A DNA stretch of 64,000 nt from Candidatus Methanomethylophilaceae archaeon (lineage in GTDB: Archaea > Thermoplasmatota > Thermoplasmata > Methanomassiliicoccales > Methanomethylophilaceae), in assembly GCA_944320495.1 (NCBI GenBank), contig CALUHR010000005.1, positions 248,581-312,580 on the forward strand, read 5' to 3'. The position numbers were made by a program, and so were the translations under genes. This document shows positions 1 to 9,350 of the stretch, piece after piece (positions within the stretch are counted from its first letter, which is position 1; each line of letters begins with the position of its first letter). The notes under the pieces were generated by a model. That model was not told the origin of the DNA and ran no database searches. It was given only the letters and a program-made list of their open reading frames with translations.

Positions 1-19
1 ACCCGACGAGGGCATCGAC

Positions 20-541
20 ATGGGCATCCTTGACCTCATCACCACCTACTCGGACGGATTCGAGGAGGAGGAAGAGGAGGAATCTGAGGAGACTCCCGCC
101 GACGTCCCCGAGGGACCCGAGCCGGAGGAACCGCTCCGCATAGCCCCGGTCGCCAGCTCGATGGAGGATGTCCTTAACTCGATCCCGAAGGAGACGCCCA
201 AGGAGTACATCGCACCCGCAGCCAGCTCGATGGAGGACGTTCTGAAATCCATCCCGAGGACCGAGCCCGAGAGGGAGATGATCGGCCCGATCTCCGAGGC
301 CGACCGCACCCGCATCGACGCCCTCCGCGGACAGCGTGTCGAGCGTCTTCCCCCGGTCAGCAGCAGCATCGAGGACATCCTGGACGTCATGGATAGGATA
401 GACGCCCTGGACCGCTCCGACGCCGAGGACGACTACATCAAGTGGATGCTCAGGCAGAACCTCGAGAAGGGCCGCACCGAGCAGATCGACAGCGAGGAGG
501 ACGGCGGCGTCGTCATCATAAGGCAGGAGGGATCCGAATGA
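20..541 (+). CDS. Acidic hypothetical protein with three SS(M/I)ED(V/I)L repeats
   Basis: ORF with host-like codon bias; ATGA overlap with next gene at 538-541. Confidence 0.7.
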   Translation: MGILDLITTYSDGFEEEEEEESEETPADVPEGPEPEEPLRIAPVASSMEDVLNSIPKETPKEYIAPAASSMEDVLKSIPRTEPEREMIGPISEADRTRIDALRGQRVERLPPVSSSIEDILDVMDRIDALDRSDAEDDYIKWMLRQNLEKGRTEQIDSEEDGGVVIIRQEGSE

Positions 542-972
542 GCAACCTGTTCATCCAGGTCACCCCGGACGCCCTCAACGCCTACAACGACCTGAGGTAC
601 TACTACTCCGTCGGCGACTACAACGCCACCTACCTCCGCGTCTTCGAGACCTATCTCAGCCCCCTGTTCAAGGAGGACTTCCTCGTGAAGGACAAGCTCT
701 ACGAGGAGGTCTCCCGCCTCTATCCCCTGCCGGACGAGGACGACGACTGCCAGTACATCTCCGCCAGGGCCTACCTGCTCTACATGAGGGCGTACGAGAA
801 GATCATGCGCCAGAAGGGCATCATCGGCGGATGGGACGACGGCGAGGCCGTGGCCGAGCAGACCGACATGAGGGTCATCGACCCGATGGTGGAGTACAGG
901 AGGCGATGCCGATGGACTACCACACCAACATGGTCGGATACGTCGGCAGGCTCCGCATCGTCAGCCCCATAA
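538..972 (+). CDS. Hypothetical protein (MSNLFIQVTP...)
   Basis: In ORF 442..972; start re-placed at ATGA overlap 538. Confidence 0.65.
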   Translation: MSNLFIQVTPDALNAYNDLRYYYSVGDYNATYLRVFETYLSPLFKEDFLVKDKLYEEVSRLYPLPDEDDDCQYISARAYLLYMRAYEKIMRQKGIIGGWDDGEAVAEQTDMRVIDPMVEYRRRCRWTTTPTWSDTSAGSASSAP

Positions 973-1481
973 GGCTCGACATGTCCGTCGACGGCAACGG
1001 CCTCTGCCGTGTCCTCGAACCCGACATGCGCCTTGACGGCATCGGCACCTGCCCGGACGAGGCCCTCAACGAGTTCATGGGCGAGGTCCTCTTCGCCTGG
1101 GACGCCTTCGTTAAGGATGATATCGGCAAGTTGGATGACTCTGCCAAAGAACTCCGCTCGTGGCTTCTCTCCCACTTCGAGGAGATCGGGGGTGAGAGCC
1201 GATGGAGGACGTGGAGGCGTGGGAATGGCACGAGCAGCACCGTCTCGGAAGGAAGATCATCGGCGACATCTACGTCGAGGACGCCTTCGATCCCGATTCC
1301 GATGGGCCGGAGGACGACGACATCGACTTCGAGGATGACGTCCTCGGATTCGATCCCGAAACAGCCGAGCAGCAGCAGGACGAGGTACCTGTCCCCGAGT
1401 GGATCAACTCCGCCATCGACGTGGACAAGCTCATGTCGGACATCTTCCGCCCCGGCACCAACCACGTCACCGACGGGATGA
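906..1481 (+). CDS. Hypothetical protein, possibly HicB-like fold; reading frame runs ~280 nt into the ATPase gene
   Basis: AGGAGG before ATG 906; GIGTCPDEALNEF segment resembles HicB GxTxEEAL; sequence after ~1200 looks like read-through. Confidence 0.5.
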   Translation: MPMDYHTNMVGYVGRLRIVSPIRLDMSVDGNGLCRVLEPDMRLDGIGTCPDEALNEFMGEVLFAWDAFVKDDIGKLDDSAKELRSWLLSHFEEIGGESRWRTWRRGNGTSSTVSEGRSSATSTSRTPSIPIPMGRRTTTSTSRMTSSDSIPKQPSSSRTRYLSPSGSTPPSTWTSSCRTSSAPAPTTSPTG

Positions 1482-2926
1482 GGGGCGGAGGCAAGACCCA
1501 TCAGGCCGTCGCCTACACCGAATACATGGTGGAGGGCCGCTTCAAGGGGATGCCACGCGTCATCATGCTCACCAACATCATCTTCGTCAAGAGGGTGAGC
1601 TTCGAGGGCGACCTCGAGGATCAGTTCGTCATGGAGGACCCGCCCGGCGTCCACCACGTCACCAGCATGGAGCAGATGTTCCGCATACAGACGAAGATGA
1701 TGAGGCGCTACGGCAGGGAGGGCGTGATGTTCATGCTCGTGCTCGACGAGGCGCAGAACTTCCTGTTGGCGGACGAGTACCAGCAGGACACCTCCATCGC
1801 CTTCATCAAGTTCTACGGGACCACCAGGAAGTTCAACACCTGCATCTGGCTCCTGACCCCTTCGATCAACAACCTCCCTCCCAGGGCCAGGAACTTCCTC
1901 GATGCGGACCCCGCCGGCTACGTCTCCTGCCAGTGGAGGAAGAACAAGCAGCTCGCCGCCCAGTACATCGCGGCCAACCACATAGAGAACGCCGATGTCC
2001 GCGAGTTCACCACCATGAAGATGGGTGCCAACATGGCCCCCGTCTGGTTCAGGATAACCACGACACCGTGGACGCGCCCCCTTGAGGAGTTGGGAATAGG
2101 CGAGTACGGCTACGACCATCTCGCCAACGCCGACTTCAAGGTCAGCATCGACGACAACAACCCCTTCGACTTCAAGGCGTTCATGGAGGCGACCTCGGAC
2201 ATGCCCTCCTACCGCATGGCGACGGTCATGCAGGAGTTCTTCGACAGGATGGACGGCAAGTCCGCCGACCCGGACGCGCCCCCCGAGGACGACCCCAAGG
2301 CCGAGAGGACGGCAGAGATCCTCAGGATGAGGGAAATCGGCCTGACCTTCGATCAGATAGAGTTCGTCACGGGGGTGGCGGCATCGACCTGCCGCTATTG
2401 GATCAACAGATACGGCTCCGCAAATCCGGCCGCACAAGCGGCCGACAGTCCCAAGGGGGCGGGGGGCGGAGACCCCGCCCAACCCAAGCGCGGGAACCGC
2501 TCTAGGAATACTCCTAGAGTGGGTTCCCGCGCGGGTAAGAAGGGGCTGAAAACACCTCCGAAAAGGCTGAAGAGGGACTCTGCTCTAGAAAAGCTAGAGT
2601 TGCTGAAAAATGACACAGCCAGATCTTTGAGCAGCAGCAACGCAACCACCCCGTTTTCGCGCCCTTATATGTATAATCCTAGAGAGGGGGAGGAGGACGG
2701 GGGGTCTCGCGGAAAGTTGCCGATTGACCCCCAACCGGTTGGCGGACGGTTGGCAGCCGAGACACCCCTAGAGGGGGAGGATTCGGCTGACCTAAACCAT
2801 GATGAGGATGAATCGTTCGACGACGGGGTATGGGGCTACGGCGAAGATGGGGGATCCGATGACGGGGAACCCTACGACGTCGGGGAGGAATACGAAGAGG
2901 CGGAGCGATCTCCGCGGGAAGAGTGA
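1202..2926 (+). CDS. P-loop ATPase, FtsK/HerA/Zot-like, with C-terminal HTH and disordered basic then acidic tail
   Basis: Walker A GMRGGGKT (~1475-1498), Walker B LVLDEAQ, downstream RKFN...LPPRAR; HTH-like GLTFDQIEFVTGVAASTCRYW. Confidence 0.7.
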   Translation: MEDVEAWEWHEQHRLGRKIIGDIYVEDAFDPDSDGPEDDDIDFEDDVLGFDPETAEQQQDEVPVPEWINSAIDVDKLMSDIFRPGTNHVTDGMRGGGKTHQAVAYTEYMVEGRFKGMPRVIMLTNIIFVKRVSFEGDLEDQFVMEDPPGVHHVTSMEQMFRIQTKMMRRYGREGVMFMLVLDEAQNFLLADEYQQDTSIAFIKFYGTTRKFNTCIWLLTPSINNLPPRARNFLDADPAGYVSCQWRKNKQLAAQYIAANHIENADVREFTTMKMGANMAPVWFRITTTPWTRPLEELGIGEYGYDHLANADFKVSIDDNNPFDFKAFMEATSDMPSYRMATVMQEFFDRMDGKSADPDAPPEDDPKAERTAEILRMREIGLTFDQIEFVTGVAASTCRYWINRYGSANPAAQAADSPKGAGGGDPAQPKRGNRSRNTPRVGSRAGKKGLKTPPKRLKRDSALEKLELLKNDTARSLSSSNATTPFSRPYMYNPREGEEDGGSRGKLPIDPQPVGGRLAAETPLEGEDSADLNHDEDESFDDGVWGYGEDGGSDDGEPYDVGEEYEEAERSPREE

Positions 2927-2929
2927 AAC

Positions 2930-4078
2930 ATGAGGGATGGGAAGATGAGCAACAGCAAACGGAAGGATGACGACCCGCTCTCCTACGGGAGCGTGATGGC
3001 CGTGTGGATGGGGAAGTCCTACCGCATCCCCGTCGATGCGGACGGATACGTGCCCATGGAGGCCCTGGTCATGCGCTATCAGCAGATGGGGAACAACGGA
3101 AGGGACAAGGGAAGGGACTCGGACATAGTGTTCCCCTCCCATGTCAGGCCGAAGGAGATCGTCAGATGGTGGGCGGACCCGTCCTCGTGCGACATCGAGG
3201 GCATCGACACCCGCGACTCCAAGGTGTACGACGTCTCCGGCCTGAAGGGAAGGCGCATGAAGGCCGCCCAGAGGAAGATCGGGATAGTCACCCCTTCCGC
3301 CGACGAACAGAGACGCATACGCAGGATCCTCTCGGAGGCGTTCACCGCCGCCGAGCTGGACGCCATGACGAGGGAGGGGTCCTTCGTCATCCGCACCCGC
3401 CCGAACTGCGGGAGCGTGATGGGATACTACCTCAGGAAGGCCGACGGCCAGGAGATCCCCCTCATAACCTTGGAGGAGGGCGTGTCCCCGGACACCGTCG
3501 TCCACGAGACCGTCCACCACGCAAGGACGTGCAGGAGGTCGGGCAAGTACACCAGGACGGCGTTCCCCATGAAGGGCGGAAGGCTGGACGAGGCGTACTA
3601 CGGACTGAGCCAGCAGCAGCGCGACATGATCAACGACGCCGAGGAGACGGAGACGACAGCCGAGGCGACAGCGAGGACCAAGAGGGACCCCTGCCCCACC
3701 GGGTATTGGGACAATGTCGGCGGAAGGGAGGCGTACATCCGCGACAAGACCGCCCTCGCAAGGTCGTGCGGCGGAGGGGACTGCACCCTGAAGGGGGCCA
3801 AGGCCGTCAGGACCGTGGAGAAGCAGTACGACAAGCTGGACATCGCGATGGCGTCTATCATGGCTGACGTCCCCGCGAAGGAGTCCGCCGCGAGGATCGC
3901 CAAGGGTTCCGCGTCCGGTAGGCCGAAGACGAAGACGGCAGCAACAGCGAAATCCAAGAGCCAGACTCCGAAGAAGACCACGAAGGCAAAGAGCCAGACA
4001 TCCAAAACCAAGGGGAAAGGGACGAGGCGACCCCTCTCCCTTTCCAAGGTTCCGTTCCTTAAACCGCTTGGCCCCTGA
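2930..4078 (+). CDS. Multidomain protein: unknown N-domain + HExxH zincin-like metallopeptidase + Lys-rich tail
   Basis: VVHETVHH at ~3497-3520; tail KTKTAATAKSKSQTPKKTTKAKSQTSKTKGKGTRR. Confidence 0.7.
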   Translation: MRDGKMSNSKRKDDDPLSYGSVMAVWMGKSYRIPVDADGYVPMEALVMRYQQMGNNGRDKGRDSDIVFPSHVRPKEIVRWWADPSSCDIEGIDTRDSKVYDVSGLKGRRMKAAQRKIGIVTPSADEQRRIRRILSEAFTAAELDAMTREGSFVIRTRPNCGSVMGYYLRKADGQEIPLITLEEGVSPDTVVHETVHHARTCRRSGKYTRTAFPMKGGRLDEAYYGLSQQQRDMINDAEETETTAEATARTKRDPCPTGYWDNVGGREAYIRDKTALARSCGGGDCTLKGAKAVRTVEKQYDKLDIAMASIMADVPAKESAARIAKGSASGRPKTKTAATAKSKSQTPKKTTKAKSQTSKTKGKGTRRPLSLSKVPFLKPLGP

Positions 4079-4242
4079 AGCGACCTTATACTCCCGATCC
4101 GATGTTCTTCCGCCTACGACGTCGCTCACCTCGGACGTCTCCCCGCGGGCACCATCGGTCTGTCATTCCTCTTATGGTCTCCTTGCCCCGCGGGGCGGGC
4201 TTTCTGACGATTCTTCGGACATCCCACGCGGTTCCTCCCATT

Positions 4243-4259
4243 CGGTTCATAAACGGTTC
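4243..4259 (+). promoter_or_regulatory. 17-bp motif CGGTTCATAAACGGTTC, copy 1 (also 6268-6284 and 26591-26607)
   Basis: Three exact copies, all outside confidently called genes in the element; TATA-like core. Confidence 0.5.
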
Positions 4260-4379
4260 GCATCCCATCGTCCCGTTGCACCTCACCCCCGATAACATCC
4301 CCTTCCGATGTCAGCACATGTCTCACCTCGGACCGACTGCCAGGCTCACCGTTTCTTTGACCACCCCGGAGGCCGGCGC

Positions 4380-5060
4380 ATGAGATCCATGAGGGTGACA
4401 CTCCCCCAGGCGCTCCGCAGGCAGCGCCCCTGGGGTTTCTCCGATCCCTCCGTGGTCATGGTGGACCTCACCGGCCACGTGTCCCTCGAATCCCCCGTCG
4501 GCTCCCCCTACGGGGTCGGCGACGAGCTCTCCGACGGGAGGTTCGACTGCGGGATGTTCTCCAAGATGGGTTCCCTCCACGAGAGGGTCGCCTACCTCCA
4601 CGGCTGTGGGTACTCCGCCGTCCCCGCGGGCGACGGGTTCGCCGTCCGCTTCGAGGACGACGCCCCGTCCGTCGATTCCGAGGATGAAGTCCGCACCGTA
4701 GTCTACGAGTGGGAGACCCGCAGGCAGAGGCTGCCCACGGAGTCGATCTCCGGATGCCCGTTCAAACTCTGCCCAGATGCCAGGGTCGCCTACGCCATCG
4801 TGGAGTACGAGGGGGACCATCCGCACATGTCCCTGGCCGCAGAGTACGTCGCGTCGATGGACGCGGTGGACGGGAGGAACTCCTACTCCCCGTCCGAGAT
4901 GTCCGACGCGATAGATTCCGTCAGGGCGGTGTCCGATGCCGACTCCCATTTCATGGCCACCGCCGCGATGGACGTGGCCGACGCGTCCGAGAGGATCCTC
5001 GACGAGACCAAGGGCGACTACCTCGCGAAGCTCTCCGAGAAGATGCGCAGATTCGTGTGA
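4380..5060 (+). CDS. Hypothetical protein
   Basis: ORF 4308..5060 with typical codon bias from ATG 4380. Confidence 0.65.
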   Translation: MRSMRVTLPQALRRQRPWGFSDPSVVMVDLTGHVSLESPVGSPYGVGDELSDGRFDCGMFSKMGSLHERVAYLHGCGYSAVPAGDGFAVRFEDDAPSVDSEDEVRTVVYEWETRRQRLPTESISGCPFKLCPDARVAYAIVEYEGDHPHMSLAAEYVASMDAVDGRNSYSPSEMSDAIDSVRAVSDADSHFMATAAMDVADASERILDETKGDYLAKLSEKMRRFV

Positions 5061-5427
5061 GTCTGGCACATCGCCCTTCCCAAAACCTCTTGACCTTCTC
5101 CAAACGCTTGAACGGTTATCCCGCCCCCGTATCCCGAACTTCTCTAGAAGGCATGCCTCCTGCCCTTCGGCGATTGCGGATCAGTTGACCGAACACGTTA
5201 AAGACCCGTTCGGAGGCAGATGCGGCGATCTCCGGATCGGAACTCTCCGAACCTGAGATCGGAGTGATAGAATGCTCGGATGGAGAGGTAAGAGAAAGCC
5301 CACCCCGGAAAACGGAAGGACAGACGCCCAATCAAACAACATACGTCCACCCTTCCCCAAAGCATCCAGGGACGGCAGATTCTCGAAAGCCGCATGGGGA
5401 CTTAATGATTCCGTTCACAGGTTTATC

Positions 5428-5733
5428 ATGGGGTCTTCGCTTAGTGACGTAATCCAGAATGATGACGTCCTATGCAAGGAGCTGGAAAACATGATCTATG
5501 GGTGGAGAACTCTTGATGAACTGGTCATCCAGCTCATTTTCTTCCTCAGAGGGCTGGGACCCAGCAACATGTGTCGCGATGTCACATTGAACGCACTCCG
5601 CATCATGGCCGATCAGAGTTTTATCGAATTGGACGAGAGTGGATTGTATGAAACCCTCACCCAACTGGACCATCATCTCATAACCGAATCGGAGGCCTTG
5701 GATCTCATCCCGAGGTTCATCAGGATCCTCTGA
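5428..5733 (+). CDS. Hypothetical helical protein, lower GC
   Basis: Protein-like 3' part of ORF 5272..5733. Confidence 0.45.
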   Translation: MGSSLSDVIQNDDVLCKELENMIYGWRTLDELVIQLIFFLRGLGPSNMCRDVTLNALRIMADQSFIELDESGLYETLTQLDHHLITESEALDLIPRFIRIL

Positions 5734-5777
5734 AACACTTGACGACGGGACGACCCCACCCGTCCCGTCACCAGAGT

Positions 5778-6131
5778 TCAGAGTTCGTTCCCGTGAAGAA
5801 CCCAATCTACATGTCTGCGGATTTCGTCGATGCGTGCGAACACGCGATGTCTCTCGCGGAACCGTCTCTGGCGTTCCACCCTTCTGGAATACTCTATCCA
5901 GTCACACGGACTGAAAGGGCTGTAACTGCGTCTGCCCTCTTCGAAGTCGCGGATTTCGTACTGGTACACCGCCGCCTCCCTGGCCGAATCCCTGTACCAT
6001 TTCGGGACTTCCCAGACATAGGGGGTCCACATCATGTACCCACGTTTCTGGTAGAATCTCATCCTCGGACAGGAACAGCGATGGCTGCATAGCCTATGCA
6101 GTATCGCCCCGATGGAATTGCCATCCTCCAT
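5778..6131 (-). CDS. Hypothetical protein
   Basis: Protein-like 3' part of ORF 5778..6533 (W/Y/R/E-rich). Confidence 0.4.
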   Translation of the reverse strand: MEDGNSIGAILHRLCSHRCSCPRMRFYQKRGYMMWTPYVWEVPKWYRDSAREAAVYQYEIRDFEEGRRSYSPFSPCDWIEYSRRVERQRRFRERHRVFARIDEIRRHVDWVLHGNEL

Positions 6132-6580
6132 GATTGAATCAGCCGACGGCATCCTATATAACGGTCCGCCGCGGCCGGCGGACACCTCCGATCTTCGACG
6201 TCTGGCTATGTCTCCCGGAGCGGCCTTCGGGACCCCTATCGGACGGGTTCCGACGCCCTTTCGGGGACGGTTCATAAACGGTTCCCATGACATCATGTAC
6301 GCAGGCCCCGCCCCCGTCTTCAATGGGTCCGCCGCTCCGCCGCTTCCGGATCGGCGGTTCGGCGGGATCCCGCGGGAATCCAGCGCGTACGCCGTATAAG
6401 AAGGTCTTCGGAAGACGGCAGAAGCGGGACGGCGAGCAAATGTATCGAAATCTCTCCGCCCCGATGCGATGATAGGACGTCCGGTTATAAGGATTGGGAC
6501 ATCCCAAGTTCCAGAGTTGACGCATCTCGCCATGACCCAAGAGTTGTTTTAGGACGTTGTCAATCCAACTCGGGGATTGG

Positions 6581-7060
6581 ATGCGCAGAATATCGTTGAT
6601 TCGCAGAAGGAAGGCGGTGTCGGAATCCAGACGCTATGATGCCACCACGAGGAGCTGCGTGAACAGGATCATCAGGGACAACATGGTCATCAACGGGTTC
6701 CCAGAGGGTGACCCGGAGGTGGACGGCCCGAGATTCGTTCGCTACGAGGGTGCCATACAGGGGCTGTGCGATGCCCTGATGATGGACTCCGATCCGGTGG
6801 CCAGGGCGGCGGTATGCCTGGATTACATCCTGAACATGCATCCGTTCGTCGATGGGAACAAGCGCACCGGGCTGGCAGTCGCCTCCAGATTCATAACGTC
6901 GGCGCACCGCAGACTTCCGCTCGATGATGAGGACACCTATCTCTTCGTCAGGCGGATAGCGGCCGAAGGGCTGACGAGATACGAGATCGAGGCTTGGCTG
7001 CGCGAGAACACGGTCGGCAATCCTTCAGCTTCGAGAAGACGTACTGGAAATGGTCCATGA
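6581..7060 (+). CDS. Fic/Doc family protein (Doc-type)
   Basis: Motif HPFVDGNKRTG at ~6838-6870; start uncertain. Confidence 0.85.
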   Translation: MRRISLIRRRKAVSESRRYDATTRSCVNRIIRDNMVINGFPEGDPEVDGPRFVRYEGAIQGLCDALMMDSDPVARAAVCLDYILNMHPFVDGNKRTGLAVASRFITSAHRRLPLDDEDTYLFVRRIAAEGLTRYEIEAWLRENTVGNPSASRRRTGNGP

Positions 7061-7549
7061 TCTCATAGAGCCTTCCGTCTCCCCCTTCGAGGAGAGGGTC
7101 CAGTCTGGAAGCGTCCACCGACATGTCCCTTCTGCGGATGCTGCGACTCTCTCCGTTCATCGCATTTCGATAGACGGGATCCGTATTTCTCTTTGACGGG
7201 ACCGCACCGCTTGTGCGGTCCCAATCCAAAACACTAGAGCGAGCGGAATAAATACCATGACCTCCCAATTACCACCGAGGCCCTCGGCGGCACCGGGACC
7301 CGACTAAACGCCCCCCACCTACCGGATACGTGGAGAGGGGTGCGGGTCTGCCATCGGACCGGAGATCAAAACCGGAGCATCCGGATGAACAGCAACGACC
7401 AGCAGCCGTGTATGACGCTGGGATAGGAACAGTGCGGCAACAGGAGTTGAACCCAGGATGACAGCCGGGAGCTGCATCATGGGCAGCCCAGGCTTCAGCC
7501 GCGCTGTTCATGATTCTGACACCGCCGTCCCCTACGAGGGGGCGGTTGC

Positions 7550-7825
7550 ATGACGGAGCCCTATCAGGGCCAGCTCTTGGACCATGAGGTCTACCGCGTC
7601 GCGCTCTCCGACCGCTCCAAGGTGGCGGCCAGGGTGCGCGACTTCATCGCCGCCGATTCCGTCACGATAGAATCCGACGGCCATGAGTGGTGGTTCGAAC
7701 CGGTCCGCGGCGCGGGGCGCATCCGTCCCTCCAAGGAGGTGTACGCGTGGATCGCACGCTACCTCTCGCGGACGTACGGGCTGCGCCACAGGGGTCCGAA
7801 GCCCGAGATGGCTTCGGACGAGTGA
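7550..7825 (+). CDS. Small hypothetical protein
   Basis: 91-aa ORF with GAGGGG upstream and typical codon bias. Confidence 0.55.
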   Translation: MTEPYQGQLLDHEVYRVALSDRSKVAARVRDFIAADSVTIESDGHEWWFEPVRGAGRIRPSKEVYAWIARYLSRTYGLRHRGPKPEMASDE

Positions 7826-8041
7826 TTTCTTGGGCATCTTCTCCAGCGGCGGAACGATCGGTCCGGACTAACGGATACTCGACGGGACCGCCCGCCGCGG
7901 GGCCCTACCCGGGTGCGCTCGACCCTCCCTTCTCGGGGTCACGGGGCGCGAAAGGGCGAATCCGTACGAAGCAGACCCGCAGGCCGCGAATGACGCGGGG
8001 ACAGGAACAGTGCGGCCGGACGAATTGGGAGAGAAGGAAAG

Positions 8042-8905
8042 ATGCCCAAAAGCAACGATGCGATCCTGGCAGGGCAGTATAGGAAGCTCGACAGGACCAA
8101 GAACCGCGCCGTCCGCGACAAGCAGGCGTACGCGAGATACAACAGCAAGGCCGACAAGTACCGCTCCGGCACCGGGCACGGCATCGCCGTGTTCAGCCCC
8201 GTGTCGAAATCGGATACGTGGACCTACTCCGAGACCGGCGGCGAGACGAACGCCAACCGCAACCAGTACGGGGAGAAGGCCCCCGACAGGTCCTCCGGCA
8301 TGGGCTTCGACGAGCACACCAAGATGCTCGCGAAGCAGATCGAGGCGGCCGAGAAGGACGCCAAGGACGCGAAGAAGAAGAGGAAGACGGCCAGGAGCGA
8401 GATGCTCGAGGCCCGCAACCAGCACATCGCGTACAGGATGGCCCAGGGCAAGGCCCACGGCGTCGTCGTGTACAGCACCAGGGCCAAGCCCGTCGTGGGC
8501 GAGGTCGAGGTGCCCAGCAGGCACGGTTCCTACAACCGCTACCCCGTCGACGAGGACGGGAGGATCCCCGCGAGGGAGGTCAGGAGGATCGTGGACGAGC
8601 GCGTCGGATACTCCGGCGTGGACGACGGAAGGACCGCCAGGAGGGTTTACCCGTCCAGGCCGACCCCCCAGATGATGGACGACTACCTCGCGAGGCCGAA
8701 CAGGTCCGACATCGTCGGCATCGATGCGCCGAAGGGAACCAGGCCGACGGTGGACGCGAGGACGTACAAGAAACCGAAGACCGCGTCCGCCAGCGGATCC
8801 TGCAAGGCGAAGGCCAAGGCGCCCGCGAAGTCCGCTTCTAAGAAAGCACCCGTGAAGAAGACTCCGGCCAAGTCCACCAAGGCCAAGACCTCCGGGAGGC
8901 GCTGA
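8042..8905 (+). CDS. Array unit 1: basic protein with PVDEDGRIP...RSDIVGID domain + tail
   Basis: ORF; tail KAKAKAPAKSASKKAPVKKTPAKSTKAKTSGRR. Confidence 0.8.
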   Translation: MPKSNDAILAGQYRKLDRTKNRAVRDKQAYARYNSKADKYRSGTGHGIAVFSPVSKSDTWTYSETGGETNANRNQYGEKAPDRSSGMGFDEHTKMLAKQIEAAEKDAKDAKKKRKTARSEMLEARNQHIAYRMAQGKAHGVVVYSTRAKPVVGEVEVPSRHGSYNRYPVDEDGRIPAREVRRIVDERVGYSGVDDGRTARRVYPSRPTPQMMDDYLARPNRSDIVGIDAPKGTRPTVDARTYKKPKTASASGSCKAKAKAPAKSASKKAPVKKTPAKSTKAKTSGRR

Positions 8906-8907
8906 CC

Positions 8908-9348
8908 ATGGTCGACTACTCCGACATCGTCGGGAACAGCATCGTGGCCAGCGTCATCCAGTCTGACCCCGACACCTTCGAGGAAGTCGTGGCCAAGGCC
9001 GTGAGGACGACATCCAGCCGCAGCCAGGCCGCATCCAAGGTCGAGGACTACGTCAACGACGTCCTCTGGGACGTCATCAACGGTATGGAGGAGTACGAGC
9101 CCATCGCCTACTCCCTCGCATACTACGGGATGCAGTCGATGGAGTACGACGGCATCGGCGACGACATGACCCTGATCGTGGACACCTACATCAGGGAGAA
9201 CGGCCCCAAGGCCGCATCCGTCAGGCGTTCCCCGAACGGCAGGTCCGCACCCAAGCCCAAGTCCGCAGCCTGCAAGCCCAAGGCCAAGGCACCCGCGAAG
9301 AGGACGCCCGCCAAGTCCGCCAAGGCCAAGACTTCCGGGAGGCGCTGA
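8908..9348 (+). CDS. Array unit 2: acidic domain + basic tail
   Basis: ORF; tail ends KAKTSGRR. Confidence 0.8.
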   Translation: MVDYSDIVGNSIVASVIQSDPDTFEEVVAKAVRTTSSRSQAASKVEDYVNDVLWDVINGMEEYEPIAYSLAYYGMQSMEYDGIGDDMTLIVDTYIRENGPKAASVRRSPNGRSAPKPKSAACKPKAKAPAKRTPAKSAKAKTSGRR

Positions 9349-9350
9349 CA

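Noticed and set aside
917-2482. Long opposite-strand or alternate-frame ORFs (e.g. 917..2482 -, 32053..33732 +, 43773..46184 +, 53721..55643 +, 55670..57646 +, 59720..62488 +)
   Set aside because: Shadow ORFs of real genes caused by high GC at third codon positions; the products have no motifs
7069-7540. ORFs 6948..7268 - and 7269..7511 -
   Set aside because: Atypical composition, no RBS, no motifs; left as unexplained intergenic DNA
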